Source: a virus
Length of the DNA: 64,000 nt
Direction: 5' to 3' (one strand)
IMG/VR virus record: IMGVR_UViG_3300030430_004105
Coordinates: 19,219 to 83,218 of that record
In this document: one piece after another, positions 1-15,000 of the stretch
Layout: the number at the start of each line of letters is the position of its first letter
Numbering within the stretch: the stretch's first letter is position 1
Program-made: the position numbers and the translations under genes
The notes under the pieces: model-generated
Database searches by the model: none
Told to the model about the DNA's origin: nothing
Seen by the model: only the letters and a program-made list of their open reading frames with translations

Positions 1-3000
1 CCATCTGCTAGATCAGATTCCATTTTCTCGTCATAATTTCTAGCGCCTTTCTGCTTGACTTTGAATATCATCCACTTGACGTCTTTAAGAGATTCAATTC
101 CGTCTCCGTTTTCATCAAACAGCCCGCCAAGAAGTTCATCAACATTGACATCGTGAGAGATGGTTTCTTGTTTGAATTCAACCTTCTTTAGGCTTTCCGT
201 TCTTACGCCCTGCCAGATGCCGTTGAGATCTTCTCTATCTAGGCTCTTTTCAAATTCAAAGATATACATCGGCAAAGGTTCAATGTCATTCTCAATGAAA
301 TCTAAGTGAGGAGGTAAGTTATATTTTTGCATTTTGTCAATTTGATCCTTGACAGATTGCCCAATTGAACTTTCGAATCCTGTGCGACTGGCTGGAGTTC
401 TTGCAAGTCTATCTTTGGATACCAGATTATTCTGGAATAGATACTTATCTACTTCGAACTTATCTAGAGTCAAAAATTGTCTTTCGTTGTCTTCGATTGC
501 AATGTAAGGAATTGCAATAACCGCTTCACGTATTATTTTAGTCTGAGCGGTGACACCCATTTTGACTTTCTCTTGACTAAACCCTACCAAATCTGCTAAA
601 GATTTAGTTGAGATTGTAGATCCTTCACTGTGCATAAATTTACCCCATCTAACAGTAGATGCGTTTCTAGCAAAGTTCTTGTCGTTTTGAGGAGCCATTT
701 GAACTTTATTTTCAAAAGCCAAGCCTGTTCCGCCACCAGCGTTGTATCTTATGCTACCCCTGATAAATGTCGGCTCTGGATAATCATACGATGAGGTGGT
801 AGCAGCGGATGGACTTGAGGCAACTGCTGGATTATCTGGTATAAGTTTAAATCTCCTAGTGACTGATCTGCTTTTGAGTCCCTTAAATTTCTTATTATTT
901 TTCTTCTTTTTTCCTTTTAAGCCAAAGAAATCTCTTCTTTCTTTATCGGACATATCAATTTTGGCAAAAGACTTGATACTTGGGTTCAGTTCTACCAATT
1001 TATCTTCTAACTCTACAGGTACAATCTGTTTTTTGCCGTCAACATCTACGCAAGATATATCTGCTCTATCTGACAAATCTGCAGACTGATCTGTGTACTT
1101 CACTCCAATTGAGAATTCTTTCAAGAAATCTTCGAATAATCCTCTGGAGAAACTACCATAATCAAAACTTAAACTAGCATAATCTTTCGCTTCAATCAAA
1201 ATAGGAGTATATGTGCCTGCCCTGTCATAATTGTAATATGCAGTTGCCCAGTTGCCTTGATAAGATCCACTTGATTTTTGAGGGTAGGATGCCGATGATG
1301 CTGTAGTGTTAATAAACACAGTGTACAAACCACCGGTGAAGGCAGAGTTAGTAGTCAACATGGTTTTATCAGAAGATTGAATAATCGTAAACAGCCCACT
1401 TGAACTTTGTGCATTCTGGATTGATCCATATACTGCTGTCAATTCTGCAGAATTTAATTCAGCATCTATAATAATCCCATCATCTTTGTTTATCAACTGT
1501 ATAGAACTACCTAGAACAGACAGATCTTCTTTGCCAACCAACTTTCTTCTTATTTCTTGCTTCTTAAAATATGGAAGGATTGTCTTGCCCGGATTCTTGT
1601 TGTAACCCAAGTTAAGCCCTGCACCATCACAATCGTTGATATCTGGCTTGACTACAGTGTATTTTGGATTTGCAATTGTCAGTTCTGTTCCTAAAATAGT
1701 GTAGTCATCTGGAACATCCATCATTTGCATGAAAATACCTCTTTCGTCAGATTCAGGGAATTCACCATACTGGTGCCACATTCCGATAGGATTCAGGATA
1801 CCGCTTAGTTCATGAACTGCAGACAAAGAAGAGTGTGCTGCACTCAAAACATCAGGCTCGCTTCTGGTGCCACTCAGGCTCATGCTTGCTGTGTGGATGT
1901 CAGAAGTGGAAACTTCGCTTTCAAAAGCAGCGTTGTGTGGACGATTCAAGTATTTAGAGAAGTCAAGTATCGGAGTCTCAAACTTGGATTCGATTACCCA
2001 AGCCTTTCCAGCGTTTTGCTGATTAGTGTCAATTTCAGATATAACTCCTTGACTGCTGTACTTAGCAGGATATACACTGACTTGCTTGAACAGGTTGAAA
2101 GAAGCGTCAATTTGCATTGCATTTTCATTGATGGCGAATCCTTGCGGCCCGAACGTCCCTCTGTCTCCATAAGATCCTGATTCATGGTTTAACTCATATC
2201 TCAAGAAATCCACAGTAGTTTTTTCAAGTATCTCAGAAAGCGTGTGCTTGCCTGCTCTTTCCGGCGTAAATGTGTAGATAGCCCAAGCCTCTCCATCATA
2301 GTACGGAGGCGTAAATGGAGCATTGTAGCCGTTTGTAGAGTCATACATCATATATGTTGTATTGTTATGCTTGCCAGTCAAAGGTGTGATGTCATCCGTG
2401 TCCAAACCTTTAAATTCAACAGCGACACCACCAGCACAAGGAGGGCCGAAAGCATTTGGCTGTGAGTACATTGTGATTGTCTCAACTTCTGCATAAGGAT
2501 TCATTTGAGGACGTGGATAGCCAACTGATTCTAGATCGTACTCTAAGTCAGTGCCAGTCAAGTTCTCATATTCTCTCAAGAAATAGTTTGTTCCACTCGG
2601 TGGGCGATAATAATATTTATCAACCTTGTTGCTGTCAATATACTTAGTACCCGGAACAGTACCGTCAGTCTTTACGACTTCAGTGACACCTTTGAACTCA
2701 ACCCAAGGATGTTGCTTCTTGGACTTATATACTTTGAATATCGAACGATAAACTGGAAGTATTCCTGCATGATTGGCGATAACAACACCAAAATCAGGAT
2801 GATTGTCGGGCTTAGAAATGATTCTAGACGTCTTGCCATCTTCTAAGAAAAATCCAATTGCTTCTGCAAAGAAGTTATTAGACATTAGTTTGTAATTTTT
2901 ATCTCCAATACCATTCCACTCGGTTCTCAAGTTGACTGAGGAACTAATATGCGGATTAGCATCTACAATTCTCTTTGAAGCCAAGTATGCCTCTGGGTTG

Positions 3001-6000
3001 ATAAGAGTTTCGAAAGGCAATCTGTCATCAAAGTATTCATTGTTGATCATATAGTTTTTACCACCATAGGGATCCGAGAGAGACGCTGTGGCAAGTTTTG
3101 ATGTGATGATAGGGTAATCTACTGCCATACCAGACTTAATGGTGTTATACAGCAATCCCGGCGACATAATGGCATCAAAAATTGGACGTGACTGTGCAAA
3201 TGTATTGTTGTCAGGAAATAGCAAATTGGTGTTGCTCTCGTCTGCTTCTTCAGCCAAGAAGTTTCTTCCATAAGAATCGGCGAACGCTTCACACATTTGA
3301 ACAGTTCTAGACTGAGGATAGAATCCATCATAAGGTAAGAAACTCATAATCGCATCACATGTCAAAGTCAGTTTAGCGACACTAGCATCTCCTCTGTTTT
3401 CTTCAATAAAGTTTTCCATATTTTTTATATCTGAAGATATGGAGTATTCTTTTAGAAATTCATTTCCAGATATGTTTATCGTATTGCGATTAACTGTTAC
3501 GCCGTTATCTGCACTGGTACCAGTTATCTCAAGCCAATAATTCTTCTTGAAATATTCAACCTCAGAAGACTCACCAGCGACTATATCCTTTACGTGAGAA
3601 CTAATTCTGAACTCAGGCACCAAAGAGAAGTGCTTATTGTGTCCTCTGATATTCTCGTACCAAGTATTATAATCATCATCCATAGGAGTCAGCCCAGACA
3701 AGTCTGGAGTTGTCCATCTAGAAGTATTATCATATAGTCCATCTGTGGCATATCCCAAAGAACGTGTTAGGTTGAAATGGTTTGATCTTAACTTGTATTC
3801 TGCGCTAATTAGCCCAAGACTTGACTTGGCAGTCGGAGATCTCAAAGATCCCGGCGAGGTTAGTACGTGAGGATAGTTGTACCTAGGTTGTGGTATTATT
3901 TCTCCAAACCTTAACAAAACTGGATCGTATCCTCCGCTCATGCCGGTGGCTGCAAAAGTATTTCCTGTTTCTGTTATTGGAATATTTCCTGCAGTTCCCA
4001 GCAAAGATGAAGTCATATGTAATCTAGCAGCGTCGCCAACAGGTTCAATAGTCACTGAGGCGATAGAAGCAGACGCTTTGATTGATGCTGAGAGATTGTT
4101 GAAATAATCGGCGTTCGATATGGTATTCAGATTGTTCACATTTGTTCCACAAAGAACCTGCCCTGCTCCTGCAGATGATCCAGTTACAAGAGTGAGAGTC
4201 ACGCCATTAATCGTAATCGTGTCGCCTGCTTTTGCACCAGATTCATCTGATCCACCATCTGTGTTGGCAGCGATCGTGAACCCAACGCCGTCGGCGCCAT
4301 TATATACAGATGTTATATCACTGTTAAACAATGCACCAGTTGCAGAAGATGTAATACTAAATGTTGCGATATTATTTGAAGGCGAAATTGATATTGTGTC
4401 AAATACGGTATTATCTTTGATCGACTGCGATAAGTCATTCCAAAACAAAGTGCTTTTTTCTTCGTCAGTTCCAGAGTAGCCAGAGGCATCAATGAATTTG
4501 TCCACTACGGTTGAGGACTCATCTCCATTCAGATCTACTTTAAAAATCAAATTTGTCTCAGTGCCGTCTCCATCTGTGTCAGTAAAAAATCTGATAAAAT
4601 CCAAATCTCCAATACCAATTGGTGTAGTTCCGCCTGCAGCACCTTCCAAATTAAAGAAAGTTCTATTATTGGAGGATCTAACAAATGCAACGTTTTGAGC
4701 GGTACCTGTCACAGATGAGGTTAATTTCATGAATCTTCTGCCAGTAGGCATACCAGAGGTAGAGGAACCGCCTGATCCAAACGAAGATGAATTTAATATT
4801 TTAAAAGTTAATTCATTTGAAAATGCATTGGCTGATACTCCGGGACTGGCGTTGATCTCATGAACACCGGGTGAAGAATCGTGAACAATTGTGAAAGTTG
4901 TTCCACCAATCGTTATTGTGTCTCCTGCCTTGGCACCAGATTCGTCAGTTCCCCCAGATCCAGCGTCTATAATGTTGTATGAAAGCCCAGAATTTGCCCC
5001 ATCTTCTGTAACGTTCGGATTGGAGTTAGTTGTACCAGTAACAGAACTTGTAATAGAAAACAACATCATTCCACCCACAACAGAACCGGTATTCGCTGTG
5101 TGTGTTGTATTACTATTTATTTTAGATCTTAAATTTTCCCAAACAGCAGAACTGGAGTTAACAGAAGAAGATAAAACGTTAAATTTGACGCCCGAGTTGT
5201 CGCTTGTTGTTGGAGTGAAAGTTTTCGTACCGCCTGTTCCGGGATTAAATATAATAATATCATCACCCGGACGAATACCAGATTCATCTGTTCCGTTTGA
5301 AAAGTTTGTTCCTGCTGTAAAAGTTGGAGACGAATAAGCAGCGCCGGTTCGATTACCAGTGGCACCAGATTCTGATGAGGTTACTGTAAAGGTTGCAGTT
5401 CCGTTGAGATTATCAACATATGAGGCAGCGTAGTACCAAGGCGCACTTTCTAGTTGCGCTTTTAAAGCATTCCAAAAATTAGTATGAGTGGTGCCGTAAA
5501 CAGTTGAGTCAAGATATTTACGAGTAGTAGTGTTCTCACTAGTTCGATCACTATAAGCAATGTATAAATATCGAAACTGGCTGCCAGCGATAGGGAATTT
5601 GATACGATCATTCTCTTGTGCACCAACATCATCTTGCCCATTTGAGCCAGAATTTGTCACATTAAATGAAGAGTGTGAAGATGTCACCACACCATTGTCA
5701 GCCTCTCCTCTGTTCTTGGAAACAATATTGAATGTTGCCTTATTGCCCACAGAAGATCTATTTAAAACTTCCCATCCCGGAACAAATCCAGAATTTATCA
5801 CTGTTTCCATTCTGCTCCAAACATCACTATCAGCGACGCCTACGACATTTACACTAGTGTTTGCAGAGTTGTTGCTTGCCAAATTGACAGTTGTTCCATC
5901 AATATCTATGGAGTGTCCGGTAGTAGAGCCAGATGGAGCACCTCCTCCAGTTGCTGTATTGATAGTAACTTGAGTTGAGGCTTCATACAAAAAGTATGCG

Positions 6001-9000
6001 TTGCCTCCACCAGCGTTGACGGAATCAACACGTATTTCATTTGTGTTTTGCAAAGTAGCAACAACATTGACAAGACTGGAATTGTTGATTGCGGAAACTA
6101 TTTTGTTGTACAGATTGGCTGTGTTTGTGTAGTCTGTTATTTCAATATTCACTGGGTTCAAGGTATGTCCTGCACCTGCAGTGTCCGTACCATTACCAAA
6201 ATCATTAATATTAATATAAAGATAATTACCATCATTAATGACGGCTCCAGTTGTATAATCATTACCTTTTCTTATTTGTATAGATGCAGCATATGGAGCA
6301 ACTCCAAGCCCAGAAGCCGCATTTCCACCAGTAAAGTTTGCACTAGTGCCAAAATCGTTAAATGTATTGGCAAACATCGATCCTGTATCAAGTGTTACAG
6401 CATCATTATCCGTCTCCTGAACGTTTCTTGTGACAACATAAGTCGCTTGATTACTAAGAGTGGTATAATTGGCGCTGGCAATTTCTGAGTCTGATTCGAG
6501 AGAGTATTCAAGGTGATTGAAGTAATGTTCAGTGCTTGCAGTGTAGTGAACTAGCGAACTTAAACCAGTTGTATAAGGAACTGGCCTACCTTCGTGAACA
6601 ACCCCAAATGTCAAGTTAACATTACTATTGTGACTAGGAGTAACAAAAGTCAAGTTTTCATCTTTTATAGTATATGCCTGTGAATCTACGCCAGTTACAG
6701 GCGTAGTAATACCTGATAAAGTTTTTTCTGCTCCAAGCACTGTTGAAGGTGTGGCATTAAAATTTGGCATGTCGCCAGTGGATGGATTATCTTGTCCTCC
6801 AGAAAATACCCACCAAGACAAACAATTTGAAAAATATTTAGGATGTGTTTGGAGATTTCTTGCATAACCCTTATTGTATATTTCTTCGATGTCTGTAAAG
6901 CCCAAAAGTGTGTCCCAAATCGATAAATGCGCTAAGCAGCCTTGTAGTTCAAAATTTGAACTATTAACAAATGGACTATCAGCGACAAAAATAGAGTTCA
7001 CCTCTCTCAAGGCTCCAGTATTAGATTTCGATGTAGTGTCGTAACTTTGAAGAGCACTGTTAATTCTCAATTCTGGATCATTTTGTATACTATCGACATC
7101 AAAAGTAATTGAAAAGAACTGAAATCTAGTTGTTTTCATTATACCTTCTTTCTTCCATTCATTATAGTAGCCACTAGAATTGTACATGCGAATGTACAAA
7201 TCATCATATTGATAGTATACCACTATTGTTTGATCTGAAGGGGTAGTATCTTTGCTGTCCTCAGCAAAACTAAGAATATATTGATTTGTGCTACTAGCGA
7301 TATTGTCAGACTTTAACCAAAAGCAAACTGTGAAATCTCCGGAGATAGTATATGAATCATTGTGGACATCCATTCTTTGAGCCAAACCGGTGGATGTCCA
7401 TCGCCATGATCTAGATCTTTGCTGAGCAATCAAAAAATCTCGTGGCGTGTAAACGTTCGCAGTACCATCACCAGCGAAAGTATATACATTACCTTCATCT
7501 AGAGGGCTTGAGTGCTTTATCTTGTGAGTTCCTCCTTTAATATTTACATTAGAGTTGGAAACGATTTCGCCGCTTATTGTGTTATGCTGAGCGCCGAAGT
7601 ATGTGGTTGAACTAAATGGCTCATAAGTAGTTGTAGTTTCACCGACAGTTACGTCTTTAGTGATGTCATATGCTGTTGGCAAATCATAGCCTACATCGTC
7701 TGCTAGAATCCTAACTGTACTGGAATTTCCGAAAACTTCTGCTGTATATGGCTGTGAATTTGCGGTAAAACTAGCGTTTAATTTTTCTACCCATGCTAGC
7801 CCGAACTCTTGATCCGATTTTAAATTTTTGTTTGAGTATGACGCTTCAGATCTTAACAACTCTACGGCGGTGGCGGTGGACGGAGTAATTGACAAGTGAT
7901 TTGTTCCGCCTCCGATATCTGTGATGTCTCCAGATGATATATCGTCAGAAACATAATTTCCCGGACTCCAATAAGTAACTAAGTTTGTACTAGGAGCCAA
8001 GTCATTTAAACTTGTCCATTCTCCACTATTATAATAGTCTGTTTCACTTGGGGCACTGGTGCTATCATATATGCCTATTTCTCCGATTGATAGATCAAAA
8101 TTTGTGCTGTTGTCTCCGACGAAATAATTTCCAGCAGGAGCACTTGGCGCATACGTGTTGATAACAACGCCGTTATAGGTTGTTGTCTTGGTGGTGTATT
8201 CTGTGCCATCACTGTATGCACTCCATTCTTCAGTAGCAGGATTTGTATCAGAAATTGATAACTTAATGGCATGCCAAGCGTTGTTTCCGTTCGTACTGAA
8301 TGCGAAAAAATTGGTAAACCGTGTCTCAATGTAATTACTATTAGAGTTTTGATAGTATCGTCTGCATATTAAGTGATTATTGGCGCCAGACTTTTGGTAA
8401 AGTATTTCAATCGCATGAGTACCTGAACCAGTGCGATAAATCTTTAAAATATTATATGTACCGTCAGCAGATGGGTTGATTCCAGTTTTATTCTTCATCG
8501 TAAACAAAATGGTAGTACCCTGATCGTTTGTGAATCCGCTAAAACCGCCTCCAGAAAGCATTGAGTTTGATGTAATCTTTATAAAACTAACTGGATTATA
8601 CACTGGGATATGAATATTACTAGCGTAGTTGTCTGTATGATCATTATTATCAGTTACAATGTGATATGTTTGTGTCTTGAAAGTTAATCCGGTTTCATGA
8701 TAGTTAGAAGGAGTTGAAGTAATAGTTGAGATACTTTTCGGAGAAAATATGAATGCAAATCTATCTCCATATCTTGGTATAGCCAATACTTTTAAATTTG
8801 CAGTAGCGGCAGAACCTGCCGTGTATCCGCCACCAGAAAAAGTGAAAATTTGCTGTGTTGTAGAGCCAGCGAAACTTGCCCCACTCATCTCAAAAGAAGC
8901 GGTAGAAAATTGTCCAACAGTTGTCGCTCCTGTGACATTAAATTGAAGGGACGCACTAGCAGCAGGGACATGCGCTCCAGAGACATAGAATTTTGAAATA

Positions 9001-12000
9001 TGACGTGTTCCCAGAACAGTTGCAGAAGAAGTGAACTCAAATGATCCAGTTGCTTTAACGCCCGTAGGAGTCATGCCGTGGACTGTGAAAGAGCCAGAAG
9101 AATGCTTTCCAAAAACTGTTGCTTTTGTGGTTATAATAGATCCAGTTGCTGTAGATCCAGTAACTAATACTGTCTGTAATCCGTTATGAAAATGATGATC
9201 TTGATTCTGCAGAACACCGGGTGCTCCGGCAGAGTTTGATGCAGCCACTTTAGGACTAGAACTGGTAAAGTTAATTCTAGAATCCATGTTCCATATTGAC
9301 TGCGAAGGGATGATGTTTGTCAATTGCCCTGAATCAATGAAGGTTTTTGTTTGGCTGTTTATCGCTTCTTTTGAGAATAATGATGCAGTAACGTTTTGTT
9401 GCCTTCTTCCTACTTCGTCCAGCCCTAGATAAGAGTTTTCTCCAGTGTCTGTGTTGTAAAGAACGTTCTCGCCATCTGTCCAAAACTTAGATACAAAGTA
9501 GTGTCTATGTCTTACATTATATTTTGTGTGCTTCAAGAAATCAGGGAATAGATTTTGTCTAACTCTAATTGCTTTCAGCGAGAATGCCTCATGATCTTCA
9601 TTCTTGTAGTATCCCAGAACGTTATCATAGATCGTCTCATTGACACTTGGATTAACTCCTTCTTCGTCAAACTTGGTGTTATCAAAATGATACTTCATGT
9701 TCACGTAAGGATGCACAAAGCGAAAGATCTCGTCTTTGAATTTCATAGTTGTGTATATGGGAATGTTTTCTGTGATTCTAGATTCTTCAATTGTTTCCGC
9801 AGTACCGTCTGTCTCTAGGCTATATCCATAAGATTTTTTGTTGACTACGTTCTTGTTTGTGTCGTTGTTTCTGACTTGTTCCCAAGAAGGGTAGCCATAT
9901 ACAGTGGTACCTGTCATTCTTTGGTTAGTGACACTTTGGCTCACCACAGCATAGTTGATGTTTTCGTGTGGATATATAGAAGATGTCCCACTTGGCTCTG
10001 AGAAATCTGATAAGATGTGCCCAGCAAGTGAAGATGTAGCCAATGAAGCAGTGTGTGATGCTTTAACCCACTTGTATTGGAAGTCAGACTGTGGAATCTG
10101 ATGCTGTATCCAGTAGTTGTCAAAGTCTTTCTCGCCTTCTGAAGCGTCCCATTTTGGGTTTCTATTGACTTTATGATATGCAGGATTGGTACCGCCCAAT
10201 ACAGAATCAATTCCAAACTGTGCTGCATGACGTGTCAAGTGCACAACAAGTCCAAAGCGATTACCGTGAATATCTACGAGCCTAATCGTGCCAGATTCTC
10301 CAGAGCCTGAGCCTCTAACTTGCAAGTTCCGGAAAGGGAGAGAGTTGTATGCAGACTTTTCTTTGCCGAACATGTCTAAGAATACTTCTGACATTGTTTC
10401 GAAACCTCCGGGAGCAGAGAAGCGATTTACTATAACAGATTTTCCTGTACCAGCAACTGAATTCTCTGTTGTAGTTTTGACACCGCCCAGATACAAACTC
10501 GAAGTGTTGAAGTTAGATGCTAAATTACCGTTCCCACCTACACCCCTAGAGATCAAACTTGCTTCTAAGTTAGTCTCTGGTAAGGCTGAATTGATGGGAT
10601 TGTGCAAATTACTGTCACCTATGTCTCTAAATCTTGTTTTGTTTACAGATCTCCCGAACGTATGAACAAACTGATATGTCTTCTGGTAGTTACCAACTGC
10701 TCTTTCAGATGTTTTGATGTTCTTGATATTAACAGGGCGTTTTGCTCTTTCGTCTCGATAGTATCTAGCCTTTGCTTGATTAACATAAAAGTGAGGCGGT
10801 GTAGAGAAACTAGAATTAGGAACAGGATAATCTGCCCCAACAATACCAATAGAACCAGATTCGTTAAGGATATTGTTGATCAATATTTTATAACCTTCGG
10901 CACGGTTTGTGGGCGAGTCAGATCCTCTGTTTATGTTACTGTGTCTAGATTGATGTCCTCCAACCCATCTCTCTGTAAATGGAGACTGCATTGGAATTTC
11001 GTTCGTGTTATCCGTTGTATCGGAATGAACATTAACAATGTCAATATTTTGATTACCTCCGGGGATTCCGTTAACTTCTGCTGAGTATCCAGTGGTGACA
11101 GACGAAGACATGATGTTGAATGGCATAACCATGCCACCCTTGAAAAGCCCGTCATGTCCACCAGACATGGCGTGATGAAACGCTGTGAAACCATCAATGG
11201 CACTGAATGCTCTCTTGATCTTCTCTGTTACTGGACGTTCATCTGTGCAATCTTTCAAAGACTGGAACATGTCGCTGTTCGCAACAACGTATCTCAAAGG
11301 GAAAGCACCAAATTGTCCATATAGTAGTGGATACTCAGCGGCTTCTTTTGTGGCACTCCAGATGTAATCTCTTTTCTTGTTATCTTCGTAGTTAATTCCG
11401 CCATGTATGACTCTATCTCTTTTCACTGCAAAGTGTTGCGGTGTTGTAAAAGAACGATTCAAGACTGAATTTCTGGCTTGAAATACTTTAACACGAGTAT
11501 TGTTAGAGCCAGATGCCGATCCAGATAAAGGAGGACGATCTCTCTCTGCTCTCTCAAGCCACCAAAAACAGTTTTTGTTCTCAGGAGTTCCGCCAACTGG
11601 AGCATGTCCTTGCTTCCATGGATATAGGTGACGGTTAATCGTGTTCATGCCACCTTCTGGTGTTGGAGCCTTGAATTCAATCGTGGGGAACTTATTGGTG
11701 TATTTGTCTCTAGAGAAGACGTAGTTCTCGATAACATTATTAACACCATCAGAATGGGCTAAGGATGCAGGTACAAGCGCTACTAGCATCTCGCCTAGTG
11801 CATCATCCAACCATTTGTAGTAATCGATGTATTTGTCCAAATCGGGCTCGTTAGACACCCTTTCGAAGAAGAGTTGACGCAACTTGGACAGAGCCTTATA
11901 CTCCATTCTGTATTTGTCAACAGGGCGTCCAATAAGATTATTGAAGTCTGTCACTGATGACATAAAGTTTATCATCTCTTGTGACACTGTTTGCGCCATG

Positions 12001-15000
12001 GACTTCTCAAAAGCGATGTAATATTCTTGTGGAAGTGTCTCTTTTGTGAAGACGATATCATCTTGAGTTCTGATCTCGATCATGTCATCGCCTTGGAGGA
12101 TCTCAGGATAAGTTGATCTTGCCGCTGTGATGTAATCTACATCTATAGCCTTCTCGTCACTGACAGGCATGAAATCTAACTTACCAAAATAAAATTTGTT
12201 CTTTACTGCTTCAAAGTTGGCGTTGTATTTGACTGGTGCCGAGCCACTTGAAGCGTCTAGCACTATCGCCTGTCCGCTTGAATCTGTCTTCGAGAGAGTT
12301 GAAAAATTCCAGTTAAGCACCAAAGTATCGATTTCTGGTACTTTTGGAGAGTTTGCATCAGTCTGTGCCAGATATGCTGATCTAAATGGAGAGTTGGCGC
12401 CATAATTTCTGCTATCGGAACTGTGTCTTTTGAGAGTTTCGTTCGATAACTCACTGTACCATAACCTAGTGAAACCTAATTTGATATCACTTCTGTCTAC
12501 CAGAGATCCAGTGAAGTTTGTTCTTTTCGCTCCAGCGTAGATTCTTTTTGAATTTACTAGGAATGAGTGAGCACTGGCAGATGCCACAGAAGAAGTAAGC
12601 ACAAACGAGTTCAACTCAGAACTATCAACTGTGTTATATCCTATGAAGTGCAATTTATAATTACCATCATCTGAGGACGATACTAAATTTGCAGTAGGGT
12701 GTTTGTCGTTTACTATCTTGAAAGCGAGAAGCCATTCGTTATTGTCATACATCCCATCATATAGAGAAGAAGAAAGGTGAACACCCAGTGCAGATGAACT
12801 CAAGTGAAATTTAACTCTTTTTGATTCAGTCTCATCTCTCTCCACGTACATTTGCATGTCGCACTTATCAGGATTTGCTATGGCATAATTTGTATTTGAT
12901 GTAGCCTGATGCATACCAGCAATCACAGACTTTGTAAAAGGGGTGGCGAATCCAAACGGTTCATCAAAAGGCAACTTATTAGGCAATATTATCTGTGTTT
13001 CGAAAGTCAAAGGTATGAACTTTTCAAAATTAGACGTAGAGCCGGTTATGAAACTAATGTTAGATCCAGAAGGTATCTGGTATATAGAGGCATTAAATCG
13101 ATCTGGGTTGTTGAAATCAATAAACTTCTCTTTAACAGATCTAATAGAGTACCTGTCTTTTAATTCAAATTCTACATTGTTGCCGTAAAAATTAATCTTA
13201 ACAACTTCTTCGTCAATACCAAATGCATGCAGTATGTTACGGAAACCTTTGTTAGTTCCCTTTTCTTTATATGTGTTTATTAGTCCAGAATACACATTTT
13301 GGTAAATCTGGTTCTTCACGTCGTGAAGTTTCATCTCGTAATTTTCATCTTCGCTTCTTTTGGCAAGTTTTTCTAGCACGGTAGCATCAGAAAACAATTC
13401 AGGGGCAACAAAACTAGCATTTGTTAAAAGCCTGTCAGCGAATGGAAGAGGCTTGACTGATCCAGAAGTGCTAGTATTTCCATACTCATCGCCTGTTTTT
13501 GTTTGAAAATGTGCGTATATATCTTTCAGGCGATTAACTTCTCTTATATGCAGGTGCATATTGTCAAAATAAGATGCAATAATTTGCGTTAGGTTCCTAA
13601 GATTTCCTTCTTTGACATCATCGTCTTCTAGAATCCATTGTGGCATTGTGTGAAAAATCGATGAGTTGTTGTACATATCGTAGTGTGATCCAGACGCCTC
13701 TAGTTCGGATAGAGTAGAAATGTAATCTGGATGGTTAGAACGGATGGTTGGATCTTTAAATTCTTTATCTATGACTTTTGCCAATACCATGGCAGAATCA
13801 GTGCTTCTCGCACCAGACACATAACCCGTCCAAGCGCCATTTGAAACTCTACCAGAATAGTCTAGAACATTTGAGTCGAAACTAGCAGTCTGAGTGATTC
13901 CTTCATTGAATTTGTAATATACGCCAAGTTTAGTATTAGCCTCATCAGTGTTTGTTCCACCACCGATTGTATTCCAATAATATCTACCAATTTGTTTTGC
14001 AGTTCTCTCGGTTTTCCAATATCTGAACTCGTCTAGCGAGCCTGAGAACTTACCTGCACCTGTCTGAATGGTAGGAGATCCAGAAGGAGCGGTTTGTAGC
14101 GCCCCAATAAATGAAATTATCGATCCTGTTATATTATTAAGAGCGGCAGATGAAATTGTCTGTTGATGGTTTAGTGCTCCGTTAATATACAGATTGGTTG
14201 ACAGGTTAGAGCCTGTATTCTTCAAAGACAAGGCAATGTGAGTCCAATCTGTAATTGATGATGTTGTAACATTTTGCCCACAAGACTGATTCTGTATGCC
14301 GTTTGTTCCGCTCAAAGCAGTAAATAAGAACGGAGAACCGGCAGCAGCACCAGTAAGTTCTAATCGAAACCTACCATACTGTGCTGAACTGGACGGCTGT
14401 CCGTTCCACAAGTCAAATAAAACCTCTTTTTCTGTTTTTGATGTGTCAAAAGCAGGCTTTTTTACCCACATTTCAACCGTAACACCCTCGTTTAAATTAA
14501 ATTTGAGGTTTGATTCTCTTGATTTTACTGTGTCAAGTTTGTTGGCGTCACCAAATTGATTCTCAAGCCCTGATAAATCAGATTTGTTAGGGCCGCCAAA
14601 TGTCTTAATAAAAGTATTTGTTGTTGATTTCCCATATCCATCGATTATTCCACCACTAAGAGAACCCCATGTAGGATACCCTAAGTTGATGTGTCCGTTA
14701 AATCTAGGATATTTGTGATCGAATATGTATTTGTCAATGAATGTAGATTCATTTAGCCACTGTGCTTTTTCTGCCTCTGAGCCGTCATACGGGTACAGAG
14801 TCCTAATTCTGGCAAAAGCATCAGTATAGTATTTTTCTGCCGAGCCGTATATCGCAAACTGGCTTGGATCGCTAAAATCTACGTTTGGATAAAACCTTTC
14901 TTCATCTATACTAGTTTGTTCGATAAAACTTTCAGACTCAACGTCTGCTGCCATATCTTCTAGACTTGATGATTTTATCACTTTTGTTGAATTATATAAA

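Noticed and set aside
880-945. Lys-rich tract in the giant ORF as a nuclear localisation signal (eukaryotic virus)
   Set aside because: Shine-Dalgarno sites, coupled operons, a sigma factor and a contractile baseplate indicate a bacteriophage.
1994-12454. Short minus-strand ORFs in 1-15 kb, or the idea that this region is non-coding or recoded
   Set aside because: All lie in an alternative frame inside the giant ORF, which needs no stop-codon reassignment where I translated it.
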